Origin: Candidatus Daviesbacteria bacterium
Lineage (GTDB): Bacteria; Patescibacteriota; Microgenomatia; Daviesbacterales; UBA10151
Length of the DNA stretch: 64,000 bases
Direction of reading: 5' to 3'
Assembly: GCA_016187035.1 (NCBI GenBank)
Contig: JACPKL010000001.1
Span: forward strand, 14,607-78,606
Every line of letters starts with the position of its first letter. Position 1 is the stretch's first letter. The notes under the pieces were generated by a model. The model ran no database searches. It saw only the letters and a list, made by a program, of their open reading frames with translations, and was not told where the DNA came from. Both the position numbers and the translations under genes were made by a program. Positions 17,525 to 26,364 of the stretch are shown piece by piece.

Positions 17525-18707
17525 TTTTATTCACCTCCATTCCAATTTTTTGATAAGCCTCTCTAAAAGACATTCCTTTTATAACAAGTTCTAAAGCTTT
17601 TTCTGCTTGATAAAGCTCAGCAGTCATGGAATCTTCCAGCTTTTGCTTATTGGGAATTAAATTTTCCAGTAAAATTTTTGTTACTTTTAAGCAAGATTGG
17701 GTAATTTCAAAACTTTCTATTAATGGTTTTTTAGTATCCTGAAAATCCCTGTTATATCCTGAGACTAGATTAGAAGATAGACTAACTATTTGTGTGTAAT
17801 TTCCTAGCACTAAATGTACTTTTGATCTTAATAACTCTCCTATATCCACATTTTTCTTCTGAGGCATGATTGAAGAACCAGTGGTAACCTGATCTGAAAC
17901 CTCAAAAAAGTCAAATTCAGATGTGGTAAATAACATTACATCAGAGGCAAATTTATTAATTGTTTGTAAAATACTAATTAAGCTGGAAACAACACTTGCC
18001 TCAATTTTTCCTCTTGAATTTTGGCAGTAAGTTGTCTGCTGGACTTTTCCAAAACCTAATAAATTCTTTGTATATTCCCTGTCTAATTCAATTGGCGCTC
18101 CATACCCTGCCCCAGACCCTAAAGGAGATTGGTTATTTAACTTGTAAGCAGTTTTTAGAACCAAAAGATCGTCTTTTAATGATTCCATAAAGCTATCTGT
18201 CCAAAGGGCAATTGTTGAAGGCATAGCTTTTTGCATATGAGTATAGCCTGGCATCAGAATTGATCCATAATTTTTGGAAAACTTTTGGAAATTTTCAATC
18301 AAAGCGAATATTTCTATTTCAATTTGCTCTAAATTCTCATTGCAGTATAATCTTATGGCTGTTAAAACCTGATCATTTCTGGATCTGGCTGTATGAATCT
18401 TTCCCCCAGCCTGACCATATTTATCAGTTAAATAATTCTCTATCTTTGTGTGTACATCCTCCTCTCCTTTTTCTAAAATAAATTTATTTTGGTTATCTAA
18501 TTCAAGAATTTCATTTATCCCTTTCTTAATCTCTGCTAGCTCCTGACTGGAAATAATCCCAATTTTTTTCAACATCTTGGCATGGGCTAAAGAGCCTAAA
18601 CAGTCATATTTGACCAATTTTTGATCCATTATCAGATCTTCCTCTGTTTCAAAGGCTTCAACATCTGGATCTAACTCATATTTATCTTTTTGCCATAACT
18701 TTTTCAT
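17514..18707 (-). CDS. argH: Argininosuccinate lyase
   Basis: Fumarate-lyase signature GSSIMPQKKN, TARSRNDQV and PGYTHMQKA. At 397 aa it is somewhat short at the C-terminus. Confidence 0.9.
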   Translation of the reverse strand: MKKLWQKDKYELDPDVEAFETEEDLIMDQKLVKYDCLGSLAHAKMLKKIGIISSQELAEIKKGINEILELDNQNKFILEKGEEDVHTKIENYLTDKYGQAGGKIHTARSRNDQVLTAIRLYCNENLEQIEIEIFALIENFQKFSKNYGSILMPGYTHMQKAMPSTIALWTDSFMESLKDDLLVLKTAYKLNNQSPLGSGAGYGAPIELDREYTKNLLGFGKVQQTTYCQNSRGKIEASVVSSLISILQTINKFASDVMLFTTSEFDFFEVSDQVTTGSSIMPQKKNVDIGELLRSKVHLVLGNYTQIVSLSSNLVSGYNRDFQDTKKPLIESFEITQSCLKVTKILLENLIPNKQKLEDSMTAELYQAEKALELVIKGMSFREAYQKIGMEVNKNAK

Positions 18708-18720
18708 ATATTTTTTAGGC

Positions 18721-19023
18721 TTTAAAAAAGCCCTTGCTAAACCACAAAATTATTGTGATCTAACAAGGGCCATCTTTTGGCGGTGCCACCTTGCTTAATT
18801 TCCTTTAAAAAACCTCCGCTTTTGCGAAGGCTAAAAGAAATTATCTCTTTCAGCGCTCCGTTACCGACACGCTTAGCTGATTTTACAGTTTGCTTTCTGT
18901 CATACTCTGTCCTTCGACTTCGCTCAGGACTGATGTATGCTGCTTGCCTGCTGCGGCAGGCTCAAACGCATTTAAAATATTTAATTGTAAATATACTATA
19001 TCAAGAAATTATTATTTTGTCAA
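18721..19023 (-). promoter_or_regulatory. T-box riboswitch-like leader (promoter, antiterminator/terminator switch) upstream of argH-argG-argF
   Basis: Minus strand: TTGACA (19018-19023), N17, TATAGT (18995-19000). T-box core AAGCAAGGUGGCACCGCC (18779-18796). Canonical antiterminator GCAAGG[UGGCACC]GCC-AAAAGAU-GGC-CCUUGU competes with terminator GCCCUUG..CAAGGGC + UUUUUU (18721-18770). The Stem I specifier is not resolved. Confidence 0.75.
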
Positions 19024-19044
19024 ATTTTACATTTCATTCTGGTA

Positions 19045-19266
19045 TTATTTTAGAGCTTTCAGGAAATCTTCTAAGAGTATATTTGCTTTCTTGACTTGGG
19101 ATTTTAATAAAAATGGAGCTACCTCTTTGTGGAGCGGAATAGATAAAGAAGGTGCATTTGGTTTTTGTAAAATGGCATGGTCACCAGAAGTATGAACATG
19201 GGTATATCCAAATTTTAAGAATGCCTTGACTGCTTTTTTACCTGAAATATTTGCAATCTTAGGCAT
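19045..19266 (-). CDS. hicA: HicA-family mRNA interferase toxin
   Basis: 73 aa. SGKKAVKAFLKFGYTHVHTSGDHAILQK...IPLHKEV matches the HicA/YcfA pattern. Confidence 0.75.
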   Translation of the reverse strand: MPKIANISGKKAVKAFLKFGYTHVHTSGDHAILQKPNAPSLSIPLHKEVAPFLLKSQVKKANILLEDFLKALK

Positions 19267-19498
19267 TTAAAGTAGGGATTGGAGTGTCAACCGACCTCTT
19301 CGCATATTGAGTATTACTTTCTTTATTTGAAGTAATTACCTCCATATAAGCTTTAATAGCTTTTTCTATATTTTCTAAAGCCTCTTTTTTGGTTTTGCCT
19401 TGGGACATACAACCATATAAATTCACTACATCAGCCACATAGCCTTTGTAGGCTTTATCATAAGTTAATTTAATAATGTAATCTAATTTCTTGGTCAT
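19259..19498 (-). CDS. hicB: HicB-like antitoxin (UPF0150)
   Basis: YKGYVADVVNLYGCMSQGKTKKEALENIEKAIKAYMEV matches the HicB N-domain pattern. ATG at 19498 is preferred over the TTG at 19507. Overlaps hicA by 8 nt. Confidence 0.65.
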   Translation of the reverse strand: MTKKLDYIIKLTYDKAYKGYVADVVNLYGCMSQGKTKKEALENIEKAIKAYMEVITSNKESNTQYAKRSVDTPIPTLNA

Positions 19499-19507
19499 AC
19501 ATGTCAA

Positions 19508-20575
19508 TTATACCATTTCTGGAAAAATGACTTGGCCATATGGACCTATTACTCTACCCTGGTCAAAAACTGTTTTTCCCCTTAAGACAACCTTTTTTAC
19601 TTTTCCTTGAACCTCCATTCCTTCAAAAGGAGTCCATTTGCATTTAGTAAATAATTGTTTATGGTTTATCGTATATTGTTCATTAAGATCCACTTCTATC
19701 TCTGTATCTGCTTGCTCTGGGATCTTAAAAATCCTTCTAGGGTTTTTATTGGTTAATTGAATTAGCCTGTCTATTGTTAGTTTTCCCTCTGCCACTGCTG
19801 TTAACAAAATAGGTAAGCTGGTTTCTAAGCCTGGAACTCCATTAACTATCTTTCCTGGTGTTTCTTTTTCCTGCCTGGTATGAGGCGCATGGTCTGAGGC
19901 AATCATGTCTATGTAATCCAGATTGTCCCAAAGAGCCTGCTGATCTTCTTTAGAAGACAAAGGCGGCCTCATACACCCAAACGGACCCAACCTTTTAACA
20001 TCATCAGAATTTAAAAACAAATGATGGCAGGACACTTCACAGCTTATATCCAACCCTTCTTTTTTGGCTTGTTTTACTGCCTCAATTTCTTTTTTTAAAG
20101 AAATATGGCAAACATGCAGTCTTTGATGGTATTTTTTGGCTAGGTTAACAGCTTTTTTTAAAGTCTCCCCCTCTGCATGAACCATGATTACTTTTCCTTT
20201 AGGCCACTTTGAGAAAACCTCTTCCAAAGCATTCATATCTTCCATTAATAAATCTCCTGTGGTGTAATTCATGTAAACTTTTAATCCAAAAACCTTATCC
20301 TTAATTTTTTCAAAAACAGGGTAATTTGCGGGAGTTGCTCCAAAATGAAAACCCAAATCAGAGTATATTCTGCCTGTTGCTAATTTAATTTTTTGTTTTA
20401 AAGCTTCCTCTGATATCGTGGGAATAGGATTATTAGGCATGTCCAAAATAGCAGTATATCCTCCTGCTATAGCAGCTTTAGTGCCGGATTCAAAATCTTC
20501 CTTCTGAGTGGCACCTGGTTCTCTAAGATGTGTGTGCACATCAATTAAACCGGGCAAGGTAAGTATTTTTGGCAT
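19508..20575 (-). CDS. pyrC: Dihydroorotase
   Basis: Amidohydrolase metal ligands DVHTHLREPG, MVHAE and SDHAPH. Confidence 0.85.
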   Translation of the reverse strand: MPKILTLPGLIDVHTHLREPGATQKEDFESGTKAAIAGGYTAILDMPNNPIPTISEEALKQKIKLATGRIYSDLGFHFGATPANYPVFEKIKDKVFGLKVYMNYTTGDLLMEDMNALEEVFSKWPKGKVIMVHAEGETLKKAVNLAKKYHQRLHVCHISLKKEIEAVKQAKKEGLDISCEVSCHHLFLNSDDVKRLGPFGCMRPPLSSKEDQQALWDNLDYIDMIASDHAPHTRQEKETPGKIVNGVPGLETSLPILLTAVAEGKLTIDRLIQLTNKNPRRIFKIPEQADTEIEVDLNEQYTINHKQLFTKCKWTPFEGMEVQGKVKKVVLRGKTVFDQGRVIGPYGQVIFPEMV

Positions 20576-20591
20576 ATGCTAGAATGATACC

Positions 20592-20852
20592 ATGGCAACA
20601 AAAAAAGAAAAACCCTTTCACCGTGAACTTTTATCCCAGATGGTTACTTTATCAACTTCAGCATTTGGCTTGGCAGCAGCTTTAGCCTGGAATGAAACTA
20701 TTCAGCAGGCTGTCAAGGATTTTATAGAGCCGTCTTTACCCGGTTCAGGCATTTTATCCAGATTTATTTATGCTATCTTGGTGACTTTGTTGGGTGTCTT
20801 GGTTACTTACCAGCTTTCCCGTCTAGCCTCCAGATGGGGAATTAAGAGGTAA
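20592..20852 (+). CDS. Small membrane protein, hypothetical
   Basis: 86 aa with two predicted hydrophobic helices. Its 3' end converges on recF. Confidence 0.4.
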   Translation: MATKKEKPFHRELLSQMVTLSTSAFGLAAALAWNETIQQAVKDFIEPSLPGSGILSRFIYAILVTLLGVLVTYQLSRLASRWGIKR

Positions 20853-21894
20853 TCTGCCCATCCTCTACTCTTAAAATCCTGGATGAATCTAAAAAAGATC
20901 TGGGGATATTTTCCAGTTCTACAGTAGCTATAACAGTTTGCTGTTGACCTACAATTTCCACTACATGGGCCCTGTGCAAAGCATCCAGTTCTGAAAATAC
21001 ATCATCAAGCAAAAGCACTGGTCTTTTACCAAGAAGTTTAGTCATATATTCAAGTTGGGCTAGTTTGAAAGCTAAGGTAGCTGTTCTTTGTTCACCTCTT
21101 GAGCCAAAGTGGGCAATGTTTCTCTTGTCTAAAAAAATCCCAAAATCATCTCTGTGAGGACCAATTAATGTAGCAGCAGCAGCTACTTCCCTACCATTAG
21201 TTTCTGTGAGTTTTTCCATAGAAATCGGACTCATTTTATATTCAAACTTAAACTCTCCTAAAGGGCTTTCCAGACTATTTATATACTGAAAAAATTCTTC
21301 ACGCTTTACTCTAATTTTTTCACCATATTTAATCAATCCTTCAGTCCAATAATCTAGCTCATCTACTTTGCCTTTGCCTTCCCTGATCCTTTTTAAAACT
21401 CTATTCCTGGCAGTTAAGAATTGTTCATATAAAGTCAAAGACTTTTTGTAATCCTGATCTATTTGAGCCAGTCCCAAATCTAAATGCCATCTTCTTAAAC
21501 TGGGAGATCCTGTTATCAGGTTAATATCTGAGGGATAAAAGATTATAGCAGGAAGATTACCTATAAAATCTACCACTCTTTTGGAAAGCCCATTTACCAA
21601 AACTTTCTTTCTAAAAGACACCTCTTCTAAGGATCGGTTAACAAGCACCAAAAGCTCTGTTTCAGGACCATCCAAAAAACCTTCTACTCTTAAGAAATCC
21701 TCCTGATCTTTGATCAACTCATCTTCTGTAGTAACTCTTAAAGATTTTGTGGTAGATAAAAGATAAATGGCTTCCAAAATATTAGATTTCCCAACAGCAT
21801 TATTACCAACTAAAATAGTTGGCCTATGGTCGAACTCCAAATTAAGACTTGAGTAATTGCGAAAATTTGTCAGTGTAAGACGTTTAAGAAACAT
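20842..21894 (-). CDS. recF: DNA replication and repair protein RecF
   Basis: MFLKRLTLTNFRNY, Walker A GNNAVGKSNILEAI, and signature/Walker B region LLLDDVFSELD. ATG at 21894 is preferred over the TTG at 21906. Confidence 0.9.
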   Translation of the reverse strand: MFLKRLTLTNFRNYSSLNLEFDHRPTILVGNNAVGKSNILEAIYLLSTTKSLRVTTEDELIKDQEDFLRVEGFLDGPETELLVLVNRSLEEVSFRKKVLVNGLSKRVVDFIGNLPAIIFYPSDINLITGSPSLRRWHLDLGLAQIDQDYKKSLTLYEQFLTARNRVLKRIREGKGKVDELDYWTEGLIKYGEKIRVKREEFFQYINSLESPLGEFKFEYKMSPISMEKLTETNGREVAAAATLIGPHRDDFGIFLDKRNIAHFGSRGEQRTATLAFKLAQLEYMTKLLGKRPVLLLDDVFSELDALHRAHVVEIVGQQQTVIATVELENIPRSFLDSSRILRVEDGQITS

Positions 21895-21896
21895 CC

Positions 21897-23312
21897 CTAC
21901 TCCCAATGTCCTAATCCCAGAAACTGCCTAATACGGTAAGATAATTTATCTTTTTTGAAAAACCAACTAGGGTTTAAACCAAATAACCCTACTATAAAAA
22001 TAGCAAGCCCCATTCCGATAAATATCGGAGTAGTGCCAAAAAGATCAGCCAATAGTCCGGACAATATTACTGGAATAATTGATAATCCAGCCATAGCTAC
22101 ACCTAAAGTAGCAAATACCTTACCTCTGTCTTTTTCAGGGGTATTTTCCTGTAAGACTGTTTGCGAAGGAACTAAGATAGATACCACAGCAATACCTAAT
22201 AGAAATGATCCTGTGACCAGTATTTTAGATAATGGTGGCTGATAAAAAAACGGCAAGGGTTTAGGATACTTCAGATGACGGATAGCCGGCGAAACAAGCG
22301 GAGCTATTCCTACCAGGAAAAAAAGCACCCCGGCAAAAATAATAGCCCTTGCCACCAGTTTCCGTTTGATTAACTTACCGCCTATCCTGCCCAAAATCAT
22401 TCCTCCGGCTACTATACCCAAACCTAAGGGGACAATCACTATATAAGAAGCATCTGTTGCTTTAATTTGCAAGGATTTCTCAAAAAATGAAGGTATCATA
22501 ACTGCAATAACTCCTATTACTACTTGTACACCTGCCATGATAATAATTGAGGTTAAAACCGGTAATTTTCCTTTGATAAGCCGTATTGTTTGCAAAATTT
22601 CAAAATGCCCTGTTTTTACAAAAGCAGAGTAATCTTTTTTCCTTATGGCTGTTATGAGTTTTTTTCCCTGCTCATCTGTTACCCCATAAATAGAAGGGAA
22701 TATTAATGATAACAAAAATGCCAACCCTAACAGGAAAGCGCCTGCACCAAACACAAAATCAATATTAAGATGATTAATTAATGGCCCGGCTAATCCAAAA
22801 CCTATCAAGAAACAAGAAAAGAACGTAGCAGAAAAAATAGAGTTTGCAATAATCAGCTCCCTTTTTTTAACAATAATTGACATGGCTGAAGCTTCAGCTG
22901 GAGTGTGAAATTGCACTAAAGCGTTTACCAAAAAAGTAATCATCAAAACTGCAATATAACTTTCCTTAAGAAAAATTAAACTGATAAAAGCAAAGCATAA
23001 CAGCAAATCAACACCCATGATGATTTTTTTGCGGTCAGTCACATCTACTAATACCCCGGCAAACAACCCTAAAATTACTGCCGGTAAGTAGATGGAGAAA
23101 AGCAAGGCAGATACTGCAGTATTAGAATCTGTTAATCTAAACACCCAAATAATCAAGGCAAAGTTTAAGGCGTTGTAGGAAAGGGATATTAGAATTTGAT
23201 TAATCCATAAATTTGAAAACCCCCGATTTTGTAAAACCGAGGTAAAGGTTGGTTTACGTTTTTCGACAGAAAAAGGAAAGCTCTGCTTATTCATCTTTGG
23301 CAATTTGGGCAA
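21897..23312 (-). CDS. MFS transporter
   Basis: 471 aa with ~12 hydrophobic segments and typical MFS topology. Confidence 0.75.
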   Translation of the reverse strand: MPKLPKMNKQSFPFSVEKRKPTFTSVLQNRGFSNLWINQILISLSYNALNFALIIWVFRLTDSNTAVSALLFSIYLPAVILGLFAGVLVDVTDRKKIIMGVDLLLCFAFISLIFLKESYIAVLMITFLVNALVQFHTPAEASAMSIIVKKRELIIANSIFSATFFSCFLIGFGLAGPLINHLNIDFVFGAGAFLLGLAFLLSLIFPSIYGVTDEQGKKLITAIRKKDYSAFVKTGHFEILQTIRLIKGKLPVLTSIIIMAGVQVVIGVIAVMIPSFFEKSLQIKATDASYIVIVPLGLGIVAGGMILGRIGGKLIKRKLVARAIIFAGVLFFLVGIAPLVSPAIRHLKYPKPLPFFYQPPLSKILVTGSFLLGIAVVSILVPSQTVLQENTPEKDRGKVFATLGVAMAGLSIIPVILSGLLADLFGTTPIFIGMGLAIFIVGLFGLNPSWFFKKDKLSYRIRQFLGLGHWE

Positions 23313-24163
23313 AAGTATGTTCCCCTACCCCCTAAGGAGATCTTCTTGATTTGAGTCCCACACATTTTACATTTCTGTCTATTTCTGCCGTAACAATAAG
23401 CATAATCTAAATAATAACCTTTCTGCCCTTCGCTGTCTACAAAATTGGCTCTGGTAGAACCCCCAAACTTAATACCATCTTTTAAGGACTTGACTATACC
23501 ATAGTACAGCTTCTTAAATTGTTCGTCAGAAAGCTGAGAAACTAATGTTGCCGGATTAATCCCTGTATCAAAGCAGGCCTCATTAGCATAAATATTGCCT
23601 ATTCCTGAAACAACAGATTGATCCATAATAGCTGCTTTCACAGACTGAGATTTATGATTTAAGAGATTAGATTTAAGAATCTGCCAAGTGAAACTCTTTT
23701 CCAAAGGCTCTGGACCCAACTTTTCAAACAAACGATTTACGATTAACGATTTACGATTAACGATTTTTATCCAGCCGAATTTTCTTTGATCGTTAAAGTA
23801 AAGGTGTGATCCATCGCTAAAACTAAAAATAACCCTAGTATGCTTATTGGGCATATCCCCTGTCATATCTTCTGTTGGATGTCCTCCAATAAATTTGCTG
23901 TTACCATTAAAAACTAATTGTCCGCTCATCTTTAGGTGAAATAAAAGAGTCAAATTACCAGTTATATCTATGCCTAAAATCTTAGCTCTTCTCCATACTT
24001 TGAGTACTTTTCTACCCTGTAGATCCTGAGTGTAGTCGAAGGGTTGTCCTTTTTCATTTTGGAAAGATTTTGGGGAATTTATCTGGATTTTAGTTAATTT
24101 CAATCCTACAATTCTTTTCTCTAATCCAATTTTTATAATTTCTACTTCAGGTAATTCTGGCAT
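23291..24163 (-). CDS. mutM: Formamidopyrimidine-DNA glycosylase
   Basis: MPELPEVE N-terminus, LGPEPL, and a C-terminal zinc finger CKMCG..CPNCQ. Five heptamer units encode KIVNRKSLIVNR. Confidence 0.9.
   Translation of the reverse strand: MPELPEVEIIKIGLEKRIVGLKLTKIQINSPKSFQNEKGQPFDYTQDLQGRKVLKVWRRAKILGIDITGNLTLLFHLKMSGQLVFNGNSKFIGGHPTEDMTGDMPNKHTRVIFSFSDGSHLYFNDQRKFGWIKIVNRKSLIVNRLFEKLGPEPLEKSFTWQILKSNLLNHKSQSVKAAIMDQSVVSGIGNIYANEACFDTGINPATLVSQLSDEQFKKLYYGIVKSLKDGIKFGGSTRANFVDSEGQKGYYLDYAYCYGRNRQKCKMCGTQIKKISLGGRGTYFCPNCQR
23733..23767. repeat. Heptamer tract CGATTTA/CGATTAA x5 (in fpg)
   Basis: CGATTTACGATTAACGATTTACGATTAACGATTTT encodes KIVNRKSLIVNR. Confidence 0.85.
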
Positions 24164-24179
24164 GAAGGTATTTTAAACA

Positions 24180-24962
24180 CTAAATTACTTTAACTAATTT
24201 GCCCCCTTTTAGAACGCTTTTTAAAATAAAGGCAAAAAAGATAATTGATAAAGTTAGATAAATGATATTTAAGATTAAAGAGTGCCAAAAAAGATTAGTA
24301 TTAAACTGTCCGCTGACAATCACATACCTCATTCCCTCAAATACATGAGAGATAGGAATCAGGTAAGCTATTTTTTGGAAAACTGGGGGTAAAACAGACA
24401 GCGGGTAAAAAACTGCGGCAAATGGCTGAACTAAAAAAGGGATAATCCAGGTTAAAGGCCCGATTGAGTGGCCAAATCGCAGTACCAGAGCAATATTAAA
24501 AATACCAAAAGAAGCAGCAAACATAAACAGATTGACAGCAAACAAAGCTAAGCCAAAACCTAAACTAGTAATTTGAAAATTATAGAAAATTGCAGCAATC
24601 AGTCCCATCATTGAAAAAGCAAAGAAAATCTTAATCAAGCTGACAATTACCAGTGCTGCTAAATACTCTACAAAAGTAATAGGGGTAGATATGACATTAA
24701 TAAAATTCCTATCCCAGATATCAAACATAAAATTCACTCCTATATCTGTTCCTACTTTCTCAAAGATAATCCAAAGCAGTATTCCTCCTAACAAAAATGC
24801 AGCCAGGGTTTGCGACTGTAGGGTTTGAACATACTTTGTCATAAATCCCCATAACATTACCATCAGAACAGGAGAAATTAAAACATCAAAAAACCTCTCA
24901 AGCTGCCGCAGAGAAAGAAAATAATGCCTTAAAATAATGGCTGAAATTCTGTTGATATTCAT
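24180..24962 (-). CDS. ABC-2 type transporter permease
   Basis: Six-TM ABC-2 permease. Paralog of 47632-48423 with the same N-terminus (MNINRI.A.I.R). Confidence 0.8.
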   Translation of the reverse strand: MNINRISAIILRHYFLSLRQLERFFDVLISPVLMVMLWGFMTKYVQTLQSQTLAAFLLGGILLWIIFEKVGTDIGVNFMFDIWDRNFINVISTPITFVEYLAALVIVSLIKIFFAFSMMGLIAAIFYNFQITSLGFGLALFAVNLFMFAASFGIFNIALVLRFGHSIGPLTWIIPFLVQPFAAVFYPLSVLPPVFQKIAYLIPISHVFEGMRYVIVSGQFNTNLFWHSLILNIIYLTLSIIFFAFILKSVLKGGKLVKVI

Positions 24963-25705
24963 TGTTGTCTTGATAACTGTATGAAAACATCTCTTAAATT
25001 TGGTTCAGCTGCTTCACCTTTTAAAACCTGCTGGGTTAACTGCAAAGGACTACCCTGGGCAATAATCTTTCCATGGTTAATAAAAACAACGTCAGAGGCC
25101 ATCTCTTCTATTTCCCACATATTATGGGAGGTATATAAAATACTCATCTTTTCCTCTATTTGGATTTGTTTAATTAAACTTATCCCTTTATCCACCACAT
25201 CAGGGTCCATTGAAGCCATTGGTTCATCTAAAAGTAAAAGTTTTGGTTTATTAAGCAAAGCTTTGCATAAGTTTCCTCTGGCTCTTTGTCCAAAAGATAG
25301 GTCACGGATAGCCTTGGTCTTAAGATGGCTCATCTCAAAAACATCCAATAATTCTGTTATCCTTTTTTTAAGATCCCAAACCTCATATAACCTGCCGTAC
25401 ACCAGTAAACATTCCCATAAAGACAAATTCCAGGGCAAACTATATTCAGCTGAAGCATAGTTTACCTGCTTTAAAATCTCTGATCTGTTTTTTTTAACAT
25501 CTTCACCAAAAATGTTAATGCTCCCAAAATCAGGATCAACCAAACCTAAAATACAATAAATAGTGGTTGACTTACCTGCACCGTTAGGGCCTAAAAAGCC
25601 TAAAATTTGCCCTTCCTCTAAACTGAAAGAGATATCTTCAATGGCAACAAATTGGCCAAAAGTCTTCTTCAAATTTTTAACCTCTAAAATTATTTTTGTC
25701 ACCAA
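24959..25705 (-). CDS. ABC transporter ATP-binding protein
   Basis: Walker A GPNGAGKST, signature-like LSFGQRAR, Walker B LLLLDEP. Confidence 0.9.
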   Translation of the reverse strand: MVTKIILEVKNLKKTFGQFVAIEDISFSLEEGQILGFLGPNGAGKSTTIYCILGLVDPDFGSINIFGEDVKKNRSEILKQVNYASAEYSLPWNLSLWECLLVYGRLYEVWDLKKRITELLDVFEMSHLKTKAIRDLSFGQRARGNLCKALLNKPKLLLLDEPMASMDPDVVDKGISLIKQIQIEEKMSILYTSHNMWEIEEMASDVVFINHGKIIAQGSPLQLTQQVLKGEAAEPNLRDVFIQLSRQQ

Positions 25706-25794
25706 ATGATTTTAGCAGGTTTTACCTTGGCGGGCTAAGGAGACTTTTTTACTTCGAGTCTTATATTCTCGTCCTATACTTATACACGATCGTA

Positions 25795-26310
25795 TTATTG
25801 TATGTCCAGAGGACCATACTTTTCAGATTCAAAAACCCATACCCACTTCTCCACTCCTAAATCTCTAATATAATTGAATAATTTATCAGTAACGTTCTTT
25901 TTGGAAATCCAGACACTTTTTTGAAAATGTTTAAAACCCCATTTTTTTAAATTCCTTCTAAAAAGATCTCTTATCAACCTCTTTTGTTCTGGTATATCAA
26001 AAATCACTATTCTCCATTTTCCATCCCAACTTGCTGTACCATCACCAGTCAGCAATATCACTGTCTTACCTTCATCTGTCAATTTCAAAACCACTTGACC
26101 GATATCTTTCTTGTCAGTTTCTATCAGACCCTTCTCTTTTAACCTGGCAATAGCCTTAGATAAAGCAGATTTCTTCAGCTCAGGAATCCCATATCTGTAG
26201 CGATAATGATGGTAGGTAAAATCTTCTAAACGTACATAACCATCAATACTTTTTTCTAAAAAAGTCAAAAGGCTATAACTCAAACTTCCTCTTCTAACCT
26301 CCATACCCAT
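25795..26310 (-). CDS. Small PaaX-like regulator, paralog 2
   Basis: WDGKWRIVIFDIPEQKRLIRDLFRRNLKKWGFKHFQKSVWIS. Long identical blocks with 9306-9818 (YVRLEDFTYHHYRYRYGIPEL). Sits directly upstream of the ABC pair. Confidence 0.6.
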   Translation of the reverse strand: MGMEVRRGSLSYSLLTFLEKSIDGYVRLEDFTYHHYRYRYGIPELKKSALSKAIARLKEKGLIETDKKDIGQVVLKLTDEGKTVILLTGDGTASWDGKWRIVIFDIPEQKRLIRDLFRRNLKKWGFKHFQKSVWISKKNVTDKLFNYIRDLGVEKWVWVFESEKYGPLDIQ

Positions 26311-26364
26311 AACAATAACCGATCGTTTAATAGTATGTCAACCCCGACTGAGTCGGGGTCAAGA

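Noticed and set aside
26341-26359. Hairpin ACCCCGAC-tgag-TCGGGGT after the EamA gene as a terminator.
   Set aside because: The stem is good, but it is followed on the transcribed strand by TTGACATAC rather than a U-run. It overlaps the putative -35 of the next gene, so it is not annotated as a feature.
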